This document shows, one piece after another, positions 55,941 to 64,000 of a stretch of DNA of 64,000 nucleotides. The stretch spans positions 36,384 to 100,383 of the forward strand of contig CBIHNU010000013.1 of assembly GCA_966211585.1 (NCBI GenBank), in the 5' to 3' direction. A program made the position numbers and the translations under genes. The DNA is from an uncultured Noviherbaspirillum sp. GTDB taxonomy: Bacteria > Pseudomonadota > Gammaproteobacteria > Burkholderiales > Burkholderiaceae_D. Every line of letters starts with the position of its first letter. Within the stretch, counting starts at the first letter, position 1. The notes under the pieces were generated by a model, which saw only the letters and a program-made list of their open reading frames with translations, was not told where the DNA came from and did no database searches.

Positions 55941-57638
55941 TCATCCGATATCCGGAGGCGCCGCGACAACCCGGTTGCGGCCGGTCCGCTTGGCCGCATA
56001 CAGGGCCTTGTCGGCGCGTCGGATGGCGCTTTCGATACCCGGTTCGCGGACATCGTATTGCGCAAGGCCGCAACTGATCGTGACCGTGAATTCCCTGTCT
56101 TCGTGATGGAAGATATCGTCCGACACCGCCATGCGCAGCCGTTCGGCTGCCACTGTCGCCTGTTCCGCCGTCGTGTGTACCAGCGCCAAGATGAACTCCT
56201 CGCCGCCGAAACGCGCGAAGATATCCTCGCCCCGCATTTCTCCGCCGCAGATTTCCACGATGCGCTGCAGGACCATGTCTCCGGTCGGATGGCCGTAGCT
56301 GTCGTTGACGTTTTTGAAATGATCGACGTCGAGAATGACGATCGACAGAGGCGTCTGGTGCCGGCTCATGCCGACGGCCAGTTTTCCGACATGTTCCAGG
56401 AAGAAGCGCCGGTTATAGCAGGGCAGTGAAGGGTCGGTAATCGCGTTGCGGTACAGGTCTTCGCTCAGCGTTTCCAGCTCGCGGTGCCGTTCCGCCAGTT
56501 CGGTGTGCGCCGCTTCGATCTCCCTGCGCGACTGCTCGCGGTCGGCGATGCGCCTGCGCTGCTCGCGCCAGTATAGGCCGGCGATGGTCAGGAACGCCAG
56601 AAGCGTTGCCACGATCGCCGTATGGCGGATCGCGCGGTAATGCAGCGGGGCGACGCGCATGAAGATCGACACCGTCCATGGTGACTCCGGCAGTTTCTTT
56701 TGCCGCAGCACGTAGCCGGCGTTGTCGCCGAGGCTGTCTGCGTCATCGTCGCTGTTCACCTTGATGATGCGGACGCGGCTGCCGGGAATGGATTGTTCTT
56801 CGAGATGCAGCGGCTGCCGCAGAATGGCATCGTACTGTCGGGTATTTTTCAACCGCCTCATCTGCTCCGCGCCAAGCGGCTTGAGAGGACGGTATTTCCA
56901 GTCGGCGCGGGAACTGAGGAAATTGATTCCCAACTCGTCAGCGACCGTCACCTCGTAGTCATGGCCGACCACCCGCCATTCGCGATCGAGATCGGTGAGA
57001 CTGATCTTGATCGCCACCACGCCGAGAATTCCCTGGCCGGCCATGACCGGATGAGAAATGTAGTAGCCCGGTGACCGGCTGACGACGCCCAGCGCGTAGA
57101 AGTGTCCGTCCTTGCCGCGCATCGCGTCCTGGAAATAGGGGCGAAACGAGAAATTGTGGCCGACAAACGAGTTCTGCTCTTGCCAGTTGCTTGAGGCGAT
57201 CGTGTTGCCTTTCCTGTCGATCAGATACACGACTTCGGTGCCTGCGGCGCGGTTCAACTCGGAAAGGAAGACGCTGGCGGCATGGGTGCGCCGCAGATTG
57301 TCCGGCTCACGCAGCGCCGACAGCGTCAGCGAGTGGCTGGCCACGACGGCGGGGAGGTAACTGTATCGCTGTATCGGGGCGAACAGCGCCGCTGTCACCG
57401 ACGTTGCGCGTCGCTCGGCTTCCGCCTCCAGCGCGTCCAGACCCCAGCGCATCGAGAGCAGGTAAGACAGGAAAAGAATGGCGCCGGCGACGGAAACGCC
57501 GACGCCAAGGCGATGCAGTGACGGTCCGAAAAAGGCGCGCGTGCCGCCGCGGTCAGCGAGTGCAGGGATGCCGCCGGACGGAGTCCGTGCGCGCAGGCCT
57601 GCAAAGCCTTCCGGCTTGCAGCGTCCCTTGTTCAACAT
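55941..57638 (-). CDS. Membrane diguanylate cyclase with DctB-like dCache sensor
   Basis: TM, DctB-like periplasmic region (YSYLPAVV, NFSFRPYFQDAM, LGVVSRSPGYYISHPV), TM, coiled coil, I-site RGED, GGEEF. Start uncertain (57638 has RBS AGGGAG; 57665 is an alternative). Confidence 0.85.
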   Translation of the reverse strand: MLNKGRCKPEGFAGLRARTPSGGIPALADRGGTRAFFGPSLHRLGVGVSVAGAILFLSYLLSMRWGLDALEAEAERRATSVTAALFAPIQRYSYLPAVVASHSLTLSALREPDNLRRTHAASVFLSELNRAAGTEVVYLIDRKGNTIASSNWQEQNSFVGHNFSFRPYFQDAMRGKDGHFYALGVVSRSPGYYISHPVMAGQGILGVVAIKISLTDLDREWRVVGHDYEVTVADELGINFLSSRADWKYRPLKPLGAEQMRRLKNTRQYDAILRQPLHLEEQSIPGSRVRIIKVNSDDDADSLGDNAGYVLRQKKLPESPWTVSIFMRVAPLHYRAIRHTAIVATLLAFLTIAGLYWREQRRRIADREQSRREIEAAHTELAERHRELETLSEDLYRNAITDPSLPCYNRRFFLEHVGKLAVGMSRHQTPLSIVILDVDHFKNVNDSYGHPTGDMVLQRIVEICGGEMRGEDIFARFGGEEFILALVHTTAEQATVAAERLRMAVSDDIFHHEDREFTVTISCGLAQYDVREPGIESAIRRADKALYAAKRTGRNRVVAAPPDIG

Positions 57639-57842
57639 CCCGTGTCTCCCTGGTTCGTTGCGCATGATGCCGCCATGCCCATGCGCCGCCCGGAATTAGG
57701 CATTTTCCTGGCGATTCTTTTCTGATTATTCTAGCGGGCAGGCGGGCATCCGCCAACGGGGAAACGCGGATTCCGGCAATGCGAGGCCATTCACGCAACA
57801 GCGCTCGCAGCGGCCGGCAGCGACAGGCTGCCGTGCAGTCCG

Positions 57843-59843
<2,001 letters not shown>

Positions 59844-59999
59844 GTCTCGTCCTGCCGCTGGTGGGATGCGAATTGGTTTTTATGTATGCCGGTTGACCGG
59901 CTTCAAGAATGTATCACCTGTTGGCGCTGGCCGCAGCCGGCGCCGGCATCCCGGTGGAGTGTGCGGCGCAGCATCGCCAATCGCGCAAATCGTGACGTG

Positions 60000-60014
60000 T
60001 GGCATGTCTCTTGC
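60000..60014 (+). promoter_or_regulatory. Sigma54 -24/-12 promoter for iorAB
   Basis: TGGCATGTCTCTTGC has GG-N10-GC spacing and a divergent sigma54 activator next to it. Confidence 0.7.
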
Positions 60015-60089
60015 GCCATTCCGGTTATCCGCCAGGGATCTGTACCAGGCTGTTTCAAACTGTTCCAACATGACAAGCGAGGAGCAACA

Positions 60090-60557
60090 ATGACAACCAG
60101 TTTCAACCTGAACGGCAAACCGGTCTCGGTGACTGCCGAGCCCGATACGCCGCTGCTGTGGGTGATTCGCGACGAGATCGGCCTGACCGGCACCAAGTTC
60201 GGCTGCGGCGCGGCATTGTGCGGCGCTTGCACCGTGCATCTCGACGGTACGCCGGTGCGCTCGTGCCAGACGCCGGTGTCGGCGGTGGCCGGCAAGAAGG
60301 TCGCGACCATCGAATCGCTGTCGAAGAACAATTCGCACCCGCTGCAGAAGGCCTGGATCGCGCATGACGTGCCGCAGTGCGGTTACTGCCAGTCGGGGCA
60401 ACTGATGAGCGCCGCCGCGCTGCTGGCGCATAACACGAACCCGAGCGACGCCGACATCGACAATGCGATGAGCGGCAACATCTGCCGCTGCGGCACCTAC
60501 AACCGCATGCGCGCCGCGATCAAGGATGCGGCCGCCGAAATGCGCAAGAAAGCCTGA
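60090..60557 (+). CDS. iorA: 2x[2Fe-2S] subunit of isoquinoline 1-oxidoreductase/aldehyde oxidoreductase family
   Basis: [41 protein letters not shown]. Confidence 0.9.
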   Translation: MTTSFNLNGKPVSVTAEPDTPLLWVIRDEIGLTGTKFGCGAALCGACTVHLDGTPVRSCQTPVSAVAGKKVATIESLSKNNSHPLQKAWIAHDVPQCGYCQSGQLMSAAALLAHNTNPSDADIDNAMSGNICRCGTYNRMRAAIKDAAAEMRKKA

Positions 60558-60569
60558 GGAGAAAACGCC

Positions 60570-62693
60570 ATGACACTTTCACGCCGCGATTTTCTCAAGA
60601 CCTCCGCATATGCCGGAGGCGGACTGATGCTCGGGATGTACCTGCCGCACGCGATGACCGAGGCGCAGGCCGCCGGCACCGTCTACACGCCGAATGCCTG
60701 GGTGCATATTGCCGACAACAATATCGTCACGCTGATTTCCGCCCGTTCCGAGATGGGACAGGGTGTGTATACCTCGATGCCGATGCTGATCGCCGAGGAG
60801 CTGGACATCGACCTGAAAAAGATCCGGGTCGAGATTGCACCGCCGAACGCGGTGTATGTCAATTCGCTGCTCGGTGCGCAGATCACCGGCGGTTCGACCT
60901 CGGTGCGCGACGCATGGGAAAAGCTGCGCATCGGCGGCGCCCAGGTGCGCACCATGCTGGTGGCGGCCGCCGCCGACAAATGGCACGTCGATACGGCGCA
61001 ATGCCATGCGAAGAACGGCATGGTGTACGGTCCCGGCGGCAGGAAAGCCAGCTACGGCCAGCTCGCCGAAGCGGCATCGAAACTGCCGGTGCCGAAGGAA
61101 GTGGCGCTGAAGGACCCGAAACATTTCAAGGTGGTCGGCAAGGCCACCAAACGCCTCGATACGCCGCACAAGGTCAATGGCACCGCCGAATACGGCATCG
61201 ACGTGAAGCTGCCCGGCATGGTGTACGCGTCGCTGGAACAGTGTCCGGTCATCGGCGGCAAGGTCAAGAGCTTCGATGCGAGCAAGGCGCGTACCATGCC
61301 CGGCGTGATCGAGGTGGTGCAGATCGACGACGGCGTCGCGGTGGTGGCGAACAGCTACTGGCGCGCGAAGAAGGCACGCGACACGCTGGCCGTGGAATGG
61401 GACGAAGGCCCGGTCGCCAAATTGAGCAATGCGTCGATGATGGACGGCATCCGCAAGGCCGCGTCCGACCAGAAGATCCTGAACATCAAGAAGACCGGCG
61501 ATGCGGCCGAGGCGATGAAGGGCGCGGCCAAGCTGGTGCAGGCCGAATACGAGCTGCCGCTGCTGGCGCATGCGACGATGGAACCGATGAACTTCACCGC
61601 CGATTTCCACGACGGCAAATGCCTGCTGATCGGACCGACGCAATTCCAGCAGGGCGCGCAAGGCGCGGTCGCCGCCGCGCTCGGCATCAAGCCGGAAGAC
61701 ATCACGCTGAAGACGACTTTCCTCGGCGGCGGCTTCGGGCGCCGGCTGGAACTCGATTTCATCGTGCAGGCGGCGCAGATCTCGAAAGCGGTCGGCAAGC
61801 CGGTCAAGCTGCTGTGGTCGCGCGAGGACGACACCACGCACGACTTCTACCGGCCGATGGCCTTGCATCGGATGGAGGCCGGCCTGAATGCGAACGGCAT
61901 GCCGGTGGCGTTGACCTTTCAGCTCACGTCGCAGTCGATCACGCAGCGCGCGTTCGGCCTGCCGAAGGACACCGTCGATCCGTTCATGGCTGAAGCGTCG
62001 GTGGTGCCGTACGAGATTCCCAACATGACGCAGGACATGGTGATCCACGACGCCGGCCTGCGCGTCGGCTACTGGCGCTCGGTCAGCCATGCGCTGAATG
62101 CATTCTCCAATGAAAGCTTCGTCGACGAACTGGCGGTCGCGGCCGGCAGGGATCCGTATGCGTTCCGCGTCGACCTGCTGACACACAAGCCGCGTTTTGC
62201 GAACGTGCTGAAACTGGCGGCCGAGAAGGCCGGCTGGGGCAGGCAGGCCGCCGGGCGTTCGCTTGGCATCGCGTTGATGGAAGGCTATGACACCTACATG
62301 GCGCAGGTGGCCGAGATCTCGGTAAAGGACAACCAGATCCGCGTGCATCGCGTGGTGGTGGCGGCCGACCTCGGGCATATGGTGAATCCGGACACGGTCG
62401 AGGCGCAGATCCAGTCGAGCATCGTGTATGGGCTGTCGGCGGCATTGAGCGGCGAGGTGACGCTGGTGGACGGCCGGGTGCAGCAGACCAACTTCAACAA
62501 TTACCAGGTGCTGCGGATGAACGAAACACCGCATGTCGATGTCATCCTGGTCAAGAGCACCGAAAAGCCGGGCGGCATCGGCGAACCGGCTACCGCGCTG
62601 ATCGGCCCGGCGGTGGCGAATGCGCTGTTCGCCGCGACCGGCAAGCGGGTGCGCAAACTGCCGCTATCGCCGGAAAACATCGCTCGCGCATAA
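60570..62693 (+). CDS. iorB: Molybdopterin-binding subunit (IorB-like, xanthine oxidase family)
   Basis: SRRDFLK leader, RSEMGQGV, TGGSTSV, HATMEP, GGGFGRR, WRSV, GGIGEP. Confidence 0.9.
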   Translation: MTLSRRDFLKTSAYAGGGLMLGMYLPHAMTEAQAAGTVYTPNAWVHIADNNIVTLISARSEMGQGVYTSMPMLIAEELDIDLKKIRVEIAPPNAVYVNSLLGAQITGGSTSVRDAWEKLRIGGAQVRTMLVAAAADKWHVDTAQCHAKNGMVYGPGGRKASYGQLAEAASKLPVPKEVALKDPKHFKVVGKATKRLDTPHKVNGTAEYGIDVKLPGMVYASLEQCPVIGGKVKSFDASKARTMPGVIEVVQIDDGVAVVANSYWRAKKARDTLAVEWDEGPVAKLSNASMMDGIRKAASDQKILNIKKTGDAAEAMKGAAKLVQAEYELPLLAHATMEPMNFTADFHDGKCLLIGPTQFQQGAQGAVAAALGIKPEDITLKTTFLGGGFGRRLELDFIVQAAQISKAVGKPVKLLWSREDDTTHDFYRPMALHRMEAGLNANGMPVALTFQLTSQSITQRAFGLPKDTVDPFMAEASVVPYEIPNMTQDMVIHDAGLRVGYWRSVSHALNAFSNESFVDELAVAAGRDPYAFRVDLLTHKPRFANVLKLAAEKAGWGRQAAGRSLGIALMEGYDTYMAQVAEISVKDNQIRVHRVVVAADLGHMVNPDTVEAQIQSSIVYGLSAALSGEVTLVDGRVQQTNFNNYQVLRMNETPHVDVILVKSTEKPGGIGEPATALIGPAVANALFAATGKRVRKLPLSPENIARA

Positions 62694-62711
62694 CGTGGCA
62701 TAGTGATGAAT

Positions 62712-62738
62712 GGCGCGCCGTGCAAGTCGCGGCGCGCC
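62712..62738 (+). repeat. Hairpin between iorB and xdhC
   Basis: GGCGCGCCG-N9-CGGCGCGCC. Confidence 0.5.
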
Positions 62739-62772
62739 GCCTGAACTTGATTTTCTTTCATTGGTTTCCGCC

Positions 62773-63795
62773 ATGGACAGCATCGATCTCGAAGTCCTCA
62801 AAACCTGCGACGCCTGGCTGCGCGACGGCCGCCGCTGCGAGCTGGTTACCGTCATCAAGACCTGGGGCTCCAGCCCGCGTCCCGAAGGCGCGACGCTGGC
62901 GATCCGCGACGACGGCCGCGTAGTCGGTTCGGTCTCGGGCGGCTGTGTCGAAGACGACCTGATCGAGCGCGTGCGCAATGAAGGCATCACGCGCACGCTG
63001 CCCGAGATCGTCACCTACGGCATCACCGCCGACCAGGCGCATCGCTTCGGCCTGCCTTGCGGCGGCACGATACAGCTCGCAATCGAACCGCTGTCGGACA
63101 ACAGCCGCATCGGCGAATTGCTGCAGCGTCTCGCGCAGCATGAGCTGGTGGCGCGCCGGCTCGACCTGTCTTCCGGCAATGTCACGCTGGGGCCGGCCGG
63201 CGCCGGCATGCGTCTGCAGGTGTCGGCCTCGACGCTGACCACGATCCACGGTCCGCGCTGGCGGCTGCTGATCATCGGCGCCGGACAGCTGTCGCGCTTT
63301 CTCGCGCAGATCGCCGTCGGTATGGATTACCACGTGACGGTATGCGATCCGCGCGAAGAATACCGCGACGGCTGGGACCTGCCCGGCGTGGCGCTGAACC
63401 ATGCGATGCCGGATGACCTGGTGATCGAGATGCGGCTCGACAGCCGCAGCGCGGTGGTGGCGCTGACGCACGACCCGAAGCTCGACGACCTGGCGCTGAT
63501 GGAAGCGCTGAAGTCGGACGCGTTCTATGTCGGTGCGATCGGTTCGCGCGTCAATAACGACAAGCGGCGCGAACGGCTCAAGCTGTTCGACGTGACCGAC
63601 GCCGAACTCGCGCGGCTGCACGGCCCGATCGGCATCTATATCGGCAGCAAGACGCCGTCCGAAATCGCGATCTCGATTCTGGCCGAGATGACGGCGGTGA
63701 AGAACGGCGTGCAACTGCCTGCGGAAGCCGCGGTCGCGCATGCAAAACGCGCCGCCGAGCTGCCGCCAACCGGTGCGCAATGCGGGCTTGACTGA
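62773..63795 (+). CDS. xdhC: XdhC/CoxI family Moco chaperone
   Basis: TWGSSPRP.G, GSVSGGCVE, FGLPCGG, LTHDPKLDD, YVGAIGS, HGPIGI.IGSKTP.EIA. Confidence 0.92.
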   Translation: MDSIDLEVLKTCDAWLRDGRRCELVTVIKTWGSSPRPEGATLAIRDDGRVVGSVSGGCVEDDLIERVRNEGITRTLPEIVTYGITADQAHRFGLPCGGTIQLAIEPLSDNSRIGELLQRLAQHELVARRLDLSSGNVTLGPAGAGMRLQVSASTLTTIHGPRWRLLIIGAGQLSRFLAQIAVGMDYHVTVCDPREEYRDGWDLPGVALNHAMPDDLVIEMRLDSRSAVVALTHDPKLDDLALMEALKSDAFYVGAIGSRVNNDKRRERLKLFDVTDAELARLHGPIGIYIGSKTPSEIAISILAEMTAVKNGVQLPAEAAVAHAKRAAELPPTGAQCGLD

Positions 63796-63966
63796 TTCCG
63801 TCCGGCATTTCCTCCCGGCAGCGTGAGCGGCCATTACTGTGAGCAGGTTTGATTTGTCTCTACAACCGCCTCAGATATTCCCCTTCCAATCGTTGACATT
63901 GTTCAATCGACAATAACTCCCCGTCGATATAGTGATTTTGTAAACCTGGTCCATCAAGGAGCAGCA

Positions 63967-64000
63967 ATGCAAACATCACGACGCAGTGATCAGCACGGGC
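63967..64000 (+). CDS. 5' end of a gene running off the window (MQTSRRSDQHG...)
   Basis: AAGGA RBS followed by ATG at 63967, with an AT-rich upstream region. Only 11 codons are visible. Confidence 0.35.
   Translation, partial: MQTSRRSDQHG

Noticed and set aside
60579-62534. 651-aa minus-strand ORF
   Set aside because: Antisense shadow of iorB.

Overview
GC-rich betaproteobacterial chromosome segment. Gene order and protein style suggest Burkholderiales, probably Oxalobacteraceae (inference). Left to right: (1) the 5' half of a Tad/Flp pilus cluster on the minus strand (long Flp-like pilin, TadG-like, TadE-like, secreted hypothetical, second pilin-like protein, cpaB, and a cpaC secretin that runs off the window and is missing from the ORF track); (2) a divergent four-gene module: Sel1-repeat protein, cNMP-binding-domain/SLC13(DASS) membrane fusion, membrane-anchored solute-binding protein, and a Cache-HAMP class III nucleotidyl cyclase; (3) ribBA-ribH-nusB, an aminotransferase, an SLT, ubiD, SRP RNA, aidB-like gene, dnaX-ybaB-ABM-recR; (4) CoA transferase, NitT/TauT ABC transporter, HupE, MocR/OsmC/PaiB, LysR-tartrate dehydrogenase-glycerate kinase-DctP; (5) an Entner-Doudoroff/pentose phosphate cluster (tal, hexR, zwf, pgi, edd, eda, rpiA) interrupted by a REC-CheC-PAS/GGDEF operon; (6) an unannotated 60-codon integron-integrase relic between rpiA and yggX; (7) yggX, argA, hrpA, pheC, DUF1348/TetR, a DctB-like sensor GGDEF protein, an AcoR-like sigma54 activator and iorAB-xdhC. 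The best candidate for an undescribed system is the cyclase/cNMP-SLC13 module, where both the cyclase and the putative receptor carry non-canonical nucleotide-recognition residues. Other notable signals are the intI relic, an A9 slippage site in dnaX with an immediate -1-frame stop, and a symmetric ATTATAAT promoter between argA and hrpA. No tRNA, rRNA, CRISPR array or intact mobile element was seen. Start codons were chosen by eye and no database search was run.
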